In this document: positions 53,035 through 62,360 of the stretch, in pieces | Position numbering within the stretch: the first letter of the stretch is position 1 | Layout: the number at the start of each line of letters is the position of its first letter | Source: an uncultured Gemmatimonadales bacterium | GTDB lineage: Bacteria > Gemmatimonadota > Gemmatimonadetes > Gemmatimonadales > Gemmatimonadaceae | DNA length: 64,000 nt | NCBI GenBank assembly: GCA_963701965.1 | Contig: OY969695.1 | Location: 4,064,001 to 4,128,000 of the forward strand | Direction: 5' to 3' | The notes under the pieces: generated by a model | Seen by the model: only the letters and a program-made list of their open reading frames with translations | Told to the model about the DNA's origin: nothing | Database searches by the model: none | Position numbers and translations under genes: made by a program

Positions 53035-53306
53035 AGCTCCGCGTCGCGGAGCTCAGTTCAACCGACTGCGACTAGCGGGTGCGTTTTTCAGCACCCTGCT
53101 AGAGCTCCGCGTCGCGGAGCTCAGTTCAACCGAGTGCGACTAGCGGGTGCGTTTTTCAGCACCCTGCTAGAGCTCCGCCCAGCGGAGCTCAGTTCAACCG
53201 AGTGCGACTAGCGGGTGCGTTTTTCAGCACCCTGCTAGAGCTCCGCCCAGCGGAGCTCAGTTCAACCGACTGCGACTAGCGGGTGCGTTTTTCAGCACCC
53301 TGCTAG
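53035..53306. repeat. Tandem array of four 68-bp double-hairpin units, same family as 14026-14289
   Basis: Units at 53035, 53103, 53171 and 53239: AGCTCCGC-(GTC/CCA)-GCGGAGCT, CAGTTCAACCGA(C/G)TGCGA, CTAGCGGGTGC-GTTTTTCA-GCACCCTGCTAG. Confidence 0.97.
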
Positions 53307-53314
53307 TGGCTAAG

Positions 53315-53944
53315 TCATGCTGTGACGGTGGGTTGTTTCGACGTTTCGACGACTTCGCCGCGTTGCGCGACGATATTGTCGATCAGTCCGTACGACTTGG
53401 CTTCCTCGGCGGACATGTGGTAGTCGCGCACGATGTCCCGCTCGATCTGCTCGACCGGACGGCCCGTGTGCTTCGACATGAGATCGTTCATCTTGGAGCG
53501 AAGGTACAGGATCTCCCGCGCCTGGATCTCGATATCGGCCGCCGTGCCCTGCGCGCCGCCCGAAGGCTGGTGGATCATGATGCGCGAGTGCGGCAGCGCC
53601 GAGCGGCGGCCCTTGCGGCCCGCTGCCAGCAGGAAGGCGCCCATGCTGGCCGCGATGCCCATGCACGTGGTATTCACCGGACTCCGGAGATACTGCATCG
53701 TATCGTAGATCGCGAGCCCGGCCGAGACGCTCCCGCCAGGGGAATTGATGTACAGATAGATGTCGCGGTCCGGATTGTCCGCGTCCAGAAACAGCAGCTG
53801 CGCGATGATGATGTTCGCGACGTCGTCGTTGATCGGCGTCCCGAGGAAAACAATGCGGTCCATGAGGAGCCGCGAGAAGATGTCGTACGTGCGCTCGCCG
53901 CGGCTGGACCGCTCAATGACGTACGGAGGATAGATCGTTGCCAT
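53315..53944 (-). CDS. clpP: ATP-dependent Clp protease proteolytic subunit
   Basis: DIFSRL..DRI, YINSPGG, AASMG and MIHQP. Confidence 0.97.
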   Translation of the reverse strand: MATIYPPYVIERSSRGERTYDIFSRLLMDRIVFLGTPINDDVANIIIAQLLFLDADNPDRDIYLYINSPGGSVSAGLAIYDTMQYLRSPVNTTCMGIAASMGAFLLAAGRKGRRSALPHSRIMIHQPSGGAQGTAADIEIQAREILYLRSKMNDLMSKHTGRPVEQIERDIVRDYHMSAEEAKSYGLIDNIVAQRGEVVETSKQPTVTA

Positions 53945-54025
53945 ACTGGCCTCGGTTGGACTAGGCAATGCTGTGTGTAAATCTACGTGCCGGGTCAGGT
54001 GCTCTTGCTCCCAGGTGCTCACGCC

Positions 54026-55276
54026 TCAGGCGCCGTCGCTGACGGTATTCCGCTCCAGCAGCCACTTAAAGACCTTGTCCTCCGTAATGGCGCGCTCGAT
54101 TTCGCGGAGCCGCCCCGCTTTCTGGAGCGAGGCGTACACTTCGCCCGGGCTCGCCTTGCGCTTGCTGGCCGTCTCGGCGATCCGATCGTCGAGCTCCGCT
54201 TCCGTCGCCGAGAGTTTCTCCCGCTCGGCGACCGTATCAATGATGAGATCGCGGCGCACCTGCCGCTCGGCCATCGCCTTGAACTCGGTCGAGAAGCGTC
54301 CCCGATCTTCCTCGGGAATCTGATACGCGCTGGCATAGGCATCGACGAGCTGCGCGACCCAGCTCGGCGGCACGTCGAACGGATTGGCGCTGGCGATCTC
54401 ATCGAGCAGCTTCTGCCGCACGGCCGCGTCCGCGTCGCGCACGGCGTGCTCCTCGAGGTCGTTGCGCACGGTCTGCCGCAGGGCGCCGAGCGAGTCGAAA
54501 TCGCCGACTTCCCGCGCGAAGGCATCGTCGAGTGGTGGCAATGCTTTGCGCTTGACGTCCTGCAGGGTCACGCGCACGGGCTTCGTCTTGCCGCGCTGGG
54601 CCTCGTCGGGGAAATCGTCCGGCCACTTGACCGGGCGCTCGACCGTCTGTCCAGGCCGGGCTTCCATGATGAGCTCTTCGATACCCGCAATGGCCTGGGA
54701 GCCGCCCAGCACGAGCCGATATTCCTTGCCGGCGTCGACAATGGCGCCCGAATCGTCGGCGGTCGCCAGCAGCACGGTCACCATGTCGCCGGGCTTGGGC
54801 AGATCCTCGACCGGCGACCACGAGGCGCGCTGGTCGCGCATCTGCTCGATCTGCTCCGTGACATCATCGTCCCGGATGGGGCGCGAGGGCCGGTCCACGC
54901 GGAATCCGGACACACGGGGCAGGGGAATCTCCGGCCGAACCTCCAGGTGCAGCTCGAACGTCAGGGGCTGCCCCTCGGCGAACTTGACGTCATGCACGTG
55001 GGGCTGAGCGGCGGGCTTGAGCTGCTCGCGCTCCAGGGCCTGCTTCGCCGCCTCCTGGACCAACGTCTCGATCGCCTGCTGGCGGATGGCGTCGCCAAAT
55101 CGCTTCCGCACCATGGCGGCGGGTGCCTTTCCGGGCCGGAATCCCGGCAGCCGCACCTTGGTGGCGTATTGCTGCGCGGCCGATTGCTCGGCGACCCGGA
55201 CGTCGTCGGCGGGTACCGAGACTTCCAGCAGCCGCTCCACTCCGGTCGTTTTCTTCGCCGTGACCTGGATGTTCAT
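54026..55276 (-). CDS. tig: Trigger factor
   Basis: PGFRPGKAP signature; lies upstream of clpP-clpX-lon. Confidence 0.95.
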   Translation of the reverse strand: MNIQVTAKKTTGVERLLEVSVPADDVRVAEQSAAQQYATKVRLPGFRPGKAPAAMVRKRFGDAIRQQAIETLVQEAAKQALEREQLKPAAQPHVHDVKFAEGQPLTFELHLEVRPEIPLPRVSGFRVDRPSRPIRDDDVTEQIEQMRDQRASWSPVEDLPKPGDMVTVLLATADDSGAIVDAGKEYRLVLGGSQAIAGIEELIMEARPGQTVERPVKWPDDFPDEAQRGKTKPVRVTLQDVKRKALPPLDDAFAREVGDFDSLGALRQTVRNDLEEHAVRDADAAVRQKLLDEIASANPFDVPPSWVAQLVDAYASAYQIPEEDRGRFSTEFKAMAERQVRRDLIIDTVAEREKLSATEAELDDRIAETASKRKASPGEVYASLQKAGRLREIERAITEDKVFKWLLERNTVSDGA

Positions 55277-55285
55277 AGGGGAATA

Positions 55286-57278
55286 TTAATTGGGCGCAAT
55301 GCCCAGCGCCCGATACACATCGGTCGCGCGGTACAAGACGCCGCCCCGGACGGTCAGTTCGACTTTTCGAATGTCTCCAATGTGCGCCAAGGGGTTGCCG
55401 TCGACCAAGAATGACGTCCGCTTGCTTGCCTTCGGTGATGGACCCGCGTTCCGCGTCGTGATGCATGATGCGGGCGGATCCGATCGTCGCCAGTTGGAGA
55501 ATGGCCGGTGCCGGAATGCCGGCCTCGGCGTACAGCTCGAGCTCGCAATGATACAGGAATCCGGCGAGGCCATCGGTACCGGCGACAATGGGGATACCGG
55601 CGCGGTACGCTTCTCCCACCATCCGAACCATGGCCGCGTAGGACTGGCGATAGCGCTCATCCAGCCCCGGTGGGACCGGGAGTCCGCCGCCGTACAGGCC
55701 GCGACGCACCTGGGCTGGCAGTCGCGCCGCGATGGGCGAGAAGCTCCGGGAGAGCACCCGTGGCCGGCCGACGAACATGTCCTCGAAGGCGCCGAGGGTC
55801 GGATCGAGATCGGTGCCTCGTGCTTTGAGTAATCGCAGGAAGCTTTGGACGCGCTCGGACTGCAAGTCGAGGGCGGCGCCGCTGGCGGCGACCGCGGTAA
55901 ATCGCGACATCGCGCGGGTGTCACGGACGGTGTCCATGAAGTTGAGCATCAGGAAATTCGCGTGCTGCAGCTCGTCGAATCCCAGCCGCACGACTTGCTC
56001 GGCGGTCATGAAGGCGGGCACGTGGCCGCTGACGCGCAGGCCATGGCAATGTGCTTCATCGATGATGGCGGGGACGAGCTCGGGCTTCATCGAGCTATAG
56101 ATCTTGATCTGCTCGAACCCGAGCGCGGCGTACCGGTCGACTGCGGCACGCCCCTCGGCTTCCGTGGACGCCAACATACCGATGGGTACCTGATACGGGC
56201 CGGGCGAGTCAATGAGGCCGGCCAGCACCACGCGCGGGCCGATCAACTCACCCGCATCGAACTGGCGGCGTAGGCGCAGCACGTTCGCGGTGTCGTTGCC
56301 CATGTCGCGACCAGTCGTGACGCCGGCCGCGATATCCAGCATGCCTTCCGTGCCCGGCTGAATGTGGACGTGCATGTCCCACAGGCCCGGTAGCAGCATC
56401 TTGCCGGTCGCGTCGATCACGGTGGCGCCCGGCGGCGCGACCACCGCTCCGTCCTCTCCCACGCGCTCGATGCGGTCGCCGCGGATGACGACCGTGGTCC
56501 GAGGGCGCGCCTGCGCGGTGATGGCGTCGAACAGGGCCGCGTGCTGGAACACGAGGATCGCGGGATGCTGGGCCAGCGATCGCGCGACGCGCGTCAGGCG
56601 CGCCGACTCCACGCTGTCCTGCGCGGCGATCATGGCCGGCACGGCCTTCTCCCATCCCGTCCGGATCGTGCTCGACCACGAGGACACGGTCCCGAAGAAC
56701 CGCTCCTCTTCGTCGAGCCAGATCGGCGCGGGGTCAAACCCGAGTCCCGTGACGGTCCACAGCACGACCGTCTGGGAACGCCCTTTCGCCTCCACGGCGA
56801 GCGACCGCACGCGCTCGATGTGCGCCTCACCAGCCGGCAGCAGCGGCAGGGTATGCGCGGGTGCCGCCACGAGCGCCTGAGCCAAGGCGGCCGAGGGCGC
56901 GCCGGCAACGTCAATGTAGTAGCCGGGCCGCGCCGGTTGTTCCTGGTCGCCTTCCACGTTGTTCGACCAGCGCATCGTCCGGCCGTCCGTCGAGAATCGT
57001 TCGTCGACGGTGTCCTTGAGATAGTCGTGCCCTTCGATGGCCACCAGGCGCGGAGTGCCACCGGCGCCGGCGATCACATGCTCGCGCACCTGGGGCCCCC
57101 GCCCCCGATCGTTGAACTGGTAATCCGCCCACCATTCCGCGCGCGTGCCCCAGATCGAGAGGGCGCCGGCCGGCCGGTCCGAGAACAGGACGGTGTAACG
57201 CAGGGTGTCGCCGGTCGACTGGGCGGACAGGCGCGCCGCGAGACTCAGGAGGCTTAGGAGGAGCGACAGACGGGTCAT
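55286..57278 (-). CDS. Secreted amidohydrolase-family protein; apparent +1 frameshift near the C-terminus
   Basis: Signal peptide, PGLWDMHVH, IKIY, GHVP, AGTD and GK.AD; after removing one base at GAATG 55409-55413 it continues LVDGNPL to the stop at 55286. Confidence 0.88.
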
Positions 57279-57279
57279 A

Positions 57280-57307
57280 TGCTCGGGGGAAGGATTCGAA
57301 CCTGCAC
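57280..57307 (-). other. Diverged copy of the tRNA-Leu 3' end (att-like scar)
   Basis: GTGCAGGTTCGAATCCTTCCCCCGAGCA versus GTGCGGGTTCGAGTCCCGCCCCGAGCA in the tRNA at 58520-58546, same orientation. Confidence 0.75.
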
Positions 57308-57413
57308 TGGGTGACAGGTCGCTGACGCCGCGTGGCACATATCTATAAGGCGAGCGCGACATCTGCCATCATGCGGTGATCGGGCGAAAGGACCACGGAT
57401 TGATGGGTGCTTC

Positions 57414-58256
57414 ATGACGATTGCTGTCGTACTCAAGGTTGGCGACGGGCTGATACTCGGTGCTGACAGCGCGGTGACTCTTACTGGCAGCAAGGGAGTA
57501 ACGAACGGCTACTTCAACGCTGAAAAGATCTTCCGTCTTGGGCGAGACTTAAGGGTCGGGGGCGTGACGTACGGCCTCGGTCAACTTGGCGGGCGGTCCA
57601 TCACGAGCTTGGCGAAGGATCTTAAGGCTCTGATGTCCGCGAACGAGCAGCCCTGGAGTGCATCGCCGACCACGTACACGATTGAGGAAATCGCCACCAA
57701 GCTTCGCCGCTTCTACTACGAGGACCGCTATCGAGCGGAGTACGCGCCAAGGTCGCTCGATACGGGCAAGTACCCCGGCCTGGGATTTTTCATCGGAGGC
57801 TATTCAGCGAATGCCGAACATCCGGAGGTTTGGCGGGTCGAGGTTGACGAGAACGGTAACTGCGACGCACCTGTCCGGGTTATCGATAGTGACAAAGTCG
57901 GTGCCCTGTGGGCCGGTCAGCCGGAAGCGCTGAACAGACTGATGAATGGGTATTCGGGTGCGGTTCTCGAGGGGCTCGTCCAATCGGGCGCGCCGCTGGA
58001 TGAAGCGTTTAAGTTTCTAAGGTCTCTGCCCGTGACCCACCTTTCAGCCGCTGCGATGCCGATACAAGATGCGATCGACCTCGTCAAATACATGGTCGAG
58101 GTGACGGCCGGTTTTGTTAGGTTTGCGCCCGGACCTAAGACCGTGCATCCTCCTACGGACGTAGCGGCCATCACGCGACACGAGGGGTTCTGTTGGGTGC
58201 AGCGCAAGCATTATTTCAACCGCGAACTCAACCCGAGCTTTGGAACTCAATGGTGA
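57414..58256 (+). CDS. Stand-alone proteasome beta-subunit-like (Ntn-hydrolase fold) protein
   Basis: M-T1...GLILGA-D17-S, EKIF and GVTYG; A/T-richer codon usage than flanking genes. Confidence 0.7.
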   Translation: MTIAVVLKVGDGLILGADSAVTLTGSKGVTNGYFNAEKIFRLGRDLRVGGVTYGLGQLGGRSITSLAKDLKALMSANEQPWSASPTTYTIEEIATKLRRFYYEDRYRAEYAPRSLDTGKYPGLGFFIGGYSANAEHPEVWRVEVDENGNCDAPVRVIDSDKVGALWAGQPEALNRLMNGYSGAVLEGLVQSGAPLDEAFKFLRSLPVTHLSAAAMPIQDAIDLVKYMVEVTAGFVRFAPGPKTVHPPTDVAAITRHEGFCWVQRKHYFNRELNPSFGTQW

Positions 58257-58431
58257 AATGACAGTCACCGTGCACAGCATTCCCACGGATACACCGAACC
58301 TGCCGGGATACACATATCCCCCGCCGAGCATCGATCGAGGACAGACGGGCCCGGAACTTCATCCGACCCCAGCGCCGCTTTCGCGCGAAACGGTCGAACG
58401 GTTGCGCGAATCCCTCCGGCAGCGCGCCTAG
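58240..58431 (+). CDS. Small Pro-rich hypothetical protein (57-63 aa)
   Basis: ATG at 58258 follows the upstream TGA by 1 nt; short ORF with no recognisable motif. Confidence 0.4.
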   Translation: MELNGEMTVTVHSIPTDTPNLPGYTYPPPSIDRGQTGPELHPTPAPLSRETVERLRESLRQRA

Positions 58432-58519
58432 GCGATCTCCTAGCCTGACTGGTTAGGGCTGCGCGGCCACGCCGATGGGCCGCGGTGGCGCGGCGGTGCA
58501 AAGCGTTGCGGCACAACAA

Positions 58520-58601
58520 TGCTCGGGGCGGGACTCGAACCCGCACGTCTTGCGACACGGGATCCTAAGTCCCGCGCGTCTACCAATTCCGCCACCCGAG
58601 C
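58520..58601 (-). tRNA. tRNA-Leu (anticodon TAG), CCA not encoded
   Basis: GCTCGGG acceptor stem, GGCGGAATTGGTAGACGC D-arm, CGGGA-CTTAGGA-TCCCG anticodon arm, long variable arm, GGTTCGAGTCC. Confidence 0.97.
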
Positions 58602-58604
58602 GAC

Positions 58605-58635
58605 AAAAAAGGGGCGCTGCCGAAGCAGCGCCCCT
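58605..58635 (-). terminator. Intrinsic terminator downstream of htrA
   Basis: GGGGCGCTGC-TTCG-GCAGCGCCCC followed by TTTTTT on the minus strand. Confidence 0.85.
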
Positions 58636-58665
58636 GAATACTAGCGAAATCGGGCTGGACCCGCG

Positions 58666-60207
58666 CTACTCACCAATGCGCAGGCTCACCACGTGGCCGA
58701 TCGGCCCCTGTTGGGTCGGGGAGTAGACGAGCAGGGACACGTAGTCGCCGTTCTTGGTGTTGGACAACGCGGCCTGCAGGTCGCTCAAGGTGTGCACCAC
58801 CTTCTTTGGCTGCGGATACAGCACCTGGGCGATGATGTCGTTCGGGTTGAGCTTCCCGCGCGCCGGGCCATTGACGTTCACCTCCGTCACCTGCAGCCCA
58901 CGGTCCTCGCTCGGCAGGTTGTTATCCTGCGCGAACTGCGCGCTCACCGGCTCGACGGAAACGCCCAGCTTTTCGGTGCTCTCACCCGCTGACGGTTTGC
59001 TGCCGGCCGGACTGTTGTCCGCGACCTGCTCCTCCTGCGGCGCCTCCATGAGCTTGACCGTGAACGTCTTCTTCTGGCCAAAGCGCATGACCTCCAGCGT
59101 CACCGTCTGTCCGGGCTCGTGCGACCGAATGATCCGCTGCAACGCGCTGACCCGGTCCACCGGCTTCCCATCGGCCCCGACGATGATGTCGCCGACTTCC
59201 AGGCCCGCCTTCTGCGCGGGGCTCGAACCATCGGACGGCGTGAAGCCGTTGACCTTGGCCCCACCGATCGTCTTGAGGCCCGCCGCGCCGGCGTCGTCCG
59301 GCTCCACGGGATTGATCGCGATGCCGATCACCGCACGGCGCACCTTGCCGTACTTGATGATGTCCTCCATCACGCTCTTGGCCAGCGTGATCGGAATGGC
59401 GAATCCGTACCCCGAGTAGTAGCCCGTCGGGCTCGCGATCGCGCTGTTGATGCCGATCACGTTGCCCTGGCCATCGACCAGCGGACCACCAGAGTTGCCC
59501 GGATTGATCGCCGCATCGGTCTGCAGGAAATCCGACACCGCGTACGCCGACGGCAGCAACCCTTGCAGGTCCGCCCCGCCGCGCCCCTTGGCGCTCAGGA
59601 TGCCCGCCGTGACCGTCTCCCGCAGGCCCAGCGGATTGCCGATCGCCAGCACCCACTCGCCAACTTTCGCGGCGTTATCATCGCCTAGCGCAACGGTGGG
59701 AAGATCCGTCGCGTCGATCTTGATCACCGCGACGTCCGTCGTCGGGTCGCGACCCACCACGTGCGCCTTGAAGACCCGCTGGTCGTCGAGCGCCACCGTC
59801 ACCCGGTCCGCATCGGCGACGACGTGATTGTTGGTCAGGATGTAGCCGTCTTTCGTGACAATGAACCCCGACCCGCTCGCTTCCTGCGGCTCGACACGCT
59901 GCGGGCCAAACTGCTGAAAGAAATCCTCGAGTCCGGGCGGCACCCGGCCCCGCTGCCGTGGCCCGGTCATGAGCTTCGCGTCGCGCTGCGTCGTGATCGA
60001 CACGACCGCCGGCGTCACGTGCTCGGAGATGGAGACGAACGAGTTACTGAAGTCCGCGACCGGACGCGTGTCCTGGGCCGGTGGCTTCGAAGGAGTCTGC
60101 GCGAAGCTCTTGTGCGTCAGGTCGAAGGCAGAGGCGAAGATGAGGCCGCCGGCAAACGCCCCGACGATCGCACCGCCAATCCGCGCTCGGGCGATCAATG
60201 GTGGCAT
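58666..60207 (-). CDS. HtrA/DegP serine protease with PDZ domains
   Basis: GSGF, TNNHV, D.AVIK and TDAAINPGNSGGPL, plus two PDZ-like regions. Confidence 0.95.
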   Translation of the reverse strand: MPPLIARARIGGAIVGAFAGGLIFASAFDLTHKSFAQTPSKPPAQDTRPVADFSNSFVSISEHVTPAVVSITTQRDAKLMTGPRQRGRVPPGLEDFFQQFGPQRVEPQEASGSGFIVTKDGYILTNNHVVADADRVTVALDDQRVFKAHVVGRDPTTDVAVIKIDATDLPTVALGDDNAAKVGEWVLAIGNPLGLRETVTAGILSAKGRGGADLQGLLPSAYAVSDFLQTDAAINPGNSGGPLVDGQGNVIGINSAIASPTGYYSGYGFAIPITLAKSVMEDIIKYGKVRRAVIGIAINPVEPDDAGAAGLKTIGGAKVNGFTPSDGSSPAQKAGLEVGDIIVGADGKPVDRVSALQRIIRSHEPGQTVTLEVMRFGQKKTFTVKLMEAPQEEQVADNSPAGSKPSAGESTEKLGVSVEPVSAQFAQDNNLPSEDRGLQVTEVNVNGPARGKLNPNDIIAQVLYPQPKKVVHTLSDLQAALSNTKNGDYVSLLVYSPTQQGPIGHVVSLRIGE

Positions 60208-60295
60208 GCAGTCTAATCCATGGTCTGAGGGTTACTCTAATCTACACTTCCCGGACGCGCGTGTTTCGCGTCCGGGAAGCACACCGTATTCATGA

Positions 60296-60322
60296 GACGC
60301 GTCAGACGCGCCAGCGGTTTAC
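60296..60322 (-). promoter_or_regulatory. Putative ECF promoter GTAAAC-N17-CGTC upstream of htrA
   Basis: Same AAC-N17-CGT geometry as the other two sites. Confidence 0.45.
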
Positions 60323-60329
60323 CAATTTC

Positions 60330-62267
60330 TTACTTCTTGTCGTCCACGATCTCATAGTCCGCCTCGACAACGTCGTCGGGCTTGCCGCCAGTGCCCGCCG
60401 CCGGCTCCTGAGCGCCCGTGGTCGGGCCACCCGTCGGACCGCCGCTCGCGGCACCCTGCTGCTGGTACAGCGACTGGCCCGCCTCGCTGTACGCCTTCGA
60501 GAGCTCTTCCTGCGCCGACCGGATCTCGGCCGCGTCCGAGCCCCGCAACGCTTTCCGCGAGCGCTCGATGGAACTCTCGAGCCTCGTCTTGAGCTCCGGC
60601 GAGAGACGGTCTGACCACTCCTTGGCGTTCTTCTCCACCTCGTAGGTCATCCCATCCAACCGGTTCCGTGCGTCGATCTCCTCGCGCCGCTTCTTGTCAT
60701 CGGCCGCGTTCGACGCCGCGTCCTTCACCATCCGGTCGATCTCGGCGTCCGACAACCCACTCGACGCCTCGATCCGGATCTTCTGTTCTTTGCCCGTGGT
60801 CTTGTCGCGAGCCGCCACGTGCAAAATGCCGTTGGCGTCGATGTCGAACGTCACCTCGACCTGCGGCATCCCCCGCGGAGCGGGCGGAATGCCCGTCAGC
60901 TGGAACTTGCCGATCGTCTTGTTGTACTGCGCCAACTCGCGCTCGCCCTGCAATACGTGAATCTCGACCGTCGTCTGGTTGTCATCGGCCGTCGAGAACG
61001 TCTCCGTCTTCTTGGTCGGAATCGTCGTGTTCTTGGGGATGAGCACGGTCGTCACACCGCCCAACGTCTCGATGCCCAGCGACAGCGGCGTCACGTCGAG
61101 GAGCAGCACGTCCTTCTGCTCGCCCGTGAGCACCGCGCCCTGGACTGCCGCGCCGATGGCCACGACTTCGTCCGGGTTGACGCTCCGGTTCGGCTCCTTC
61201 CCGAAGAACCCCTTCACGACCTCCTGCACCTTGGGCATGCGCGTCTGGCCGCCGACGAGGATGACTTCGTCGATCTCGTTCGGCTTGAGCCCGGCGTCTT
61301 TCAACGCCTGCTCCATCGGCGCGAGCGTGCGCTTGATCAGGTCATCGACCAACTGCTCCAGCTTGGCCCGGCTCAACGTGTAGTTGAGGTGCTTCGGGCC
61401 GCTCTGGTCGGCCGTGATGAACGGCAAATTGATGTCGGTCGACGGCGCCGAGGACAGCTCCATCTTGGCCTTTTCCGCGGCCTCTTTGAGCCGCTGCAGC
61501 GCCATGGGGTCCTTCGACAGGTCGATCGCCTGGTCGCGCTTGAACTCACCCACGAGCCAGTCGATCACGCGCTGGTCGAAGTCGTCGCCACCCAGGTGCG
61601 TGTCGCCATTCGTCGACTTGACCTCGAACTGCCGCGACCCGTCGACGTCATACAACTCCAACACCGAGATGTCGTACGTGCCGCCGCCCAGGTCGAACAC
61701 CGCGACTTTTTCGTCCTTTTTCTTGTCGAGACCGTAGGCCAACGCCGCCGCCGTGGGCTCGTTGATAATGCGCAGCACATCGAGCCCGGCGATCTTGCCC
61801 GCGTCCTTCGTCGCCTGCCGCTGCGAATCATTGAAGTAGGCCGGTACCGTGACCACGGCCTTCTCCACCTTGTGACCCAGATAGTCCTCAGCGGTCTGCT
61901 TCATCTTTTGCAGGATCATCGCTGAGATTTCAGGGGGCGTATACCGCTTGCCCTGCACCTCGACCACGCCCATGTCGTTGGGACCGGCGACGACCTTGTA
62001 CGGGACACGCTTAATCTCATCCTGCACTTCGGACAGCTTGCGCCCCATGAAGCGCTTGATCGAGAATACGGTGTTCTGCGGGTTCGTCACCGCCTGCCGC
62101 TTCGCGATCTGGCCGACGAGCCGCTCGCCGTCCTTGGTAAAGGCGACGACCGACGGCGTCGTCCGGCCGCCTTCCGCGTTTGGAATTACGACGGGGTCGC
62201 CGCCTTCCATGACCGCCACCACGGAATTCGTCGTCCCGAGGTCAATCCCAATAACTTTGTCTGCCAT
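60330..62267 (-). CDS. dnaK: Chaperone DnaK
   Basis: [31 protein letters not shown] and acidic tail. Confidence 0.98.
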   Translation of the reverse strand: MADKVIGIDLGTTNSVVAVMEGGDPVVIPNAEGGRTTPSVVAFTKDGERLVGQIAKRQAVTNPQNTVFSIKRFMGRKLSEVQDEIKRVPYKVVAGPNDMGVVEVQGKRYTPPEISAMILQKMKQTAEDYLGHKVEKAVVTVPAYFNDSQRQATKDAGKIAGLDVLRIINEPTAAALAYGLDKKKDEKVAVFDLGGGTYDISVLELYDVDGSRQFEVKSTNGDTHLGGDDFDQRVIDWLVGEFKRDQAIDLSKDPMALQRLKEAAEKAKMELSSAPSTDINLPFITADQSGPKHLNYTLSRAKLEQLVDDLIKRTLAPMEQALKDAGLKPNEIDEVILVGGQTRMPKVQEVVKGFFGKEPNRSVNPDEVVAIGAAVQGAVLTGEQKDVLLLDVTPLSLGIETLGGVTTVLIPKNTTIPTKKTETFSTADDNQTTVEIHVLQGERELAQYNKTIGKFQLTGIPPAPRGMPQVEVTFDIDANGILHVAARDKTTGKEQKIRIEASSGLSDAEIDRMVKDAASNAADDKKRREEIDARNRLDGMTYEVEKNAKEWSDRLSPELKTRLESSIERSRKALRGSDAAEIRSAQEELSKAYSEAGQSLYQQQGAASGGPTGGPTTGAQEPAAGTGGKPDDVVEADYEIVDDKK

Positions 62268-62309
62268 TGAACCCCTCTGATGTTGTCTGGATACTGACGT
62301 CGACCCCAA

Positions 62310-62325
62310 AGCAAACGAGAGGCCG
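62310..62325 (-). promoter_or_regulatory. Possible sigma-54-type promoter for dnaK (CGGC-N7-TTGCT)
   Basis: GG-N10-GC spacing with a consensus TTGCT -12 element; GCCA-N3-TGGC palindrome at 62335-62345 just upstream. Confidence 0.35.
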
Positions 62326-62360
62326 GGGATTTCGGCCAATCTGGCAGCTATCGAGGCAGT

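Noticed and set aside
53035..53306. Integron attC sites (GTTCAAC fits RYYYAAC)
   Set aside because: No complementary GTTRRRY box closing one long hairpin, no cassette ORFs between units, no integrase.
53420..53440. ClpP segment reading DIVRD rather than the usual D(T/I)(D/E)RD
   Set aside because: Adjacent to a CATC, so it may be another miscall, and the catalytic Asp position appears retained; not interpretable.
57280..57362. Second complete tRNA gene
   Set aside because: Only the T-arm and acceptor 3' strand are present; no D-arm or anticodon arm.
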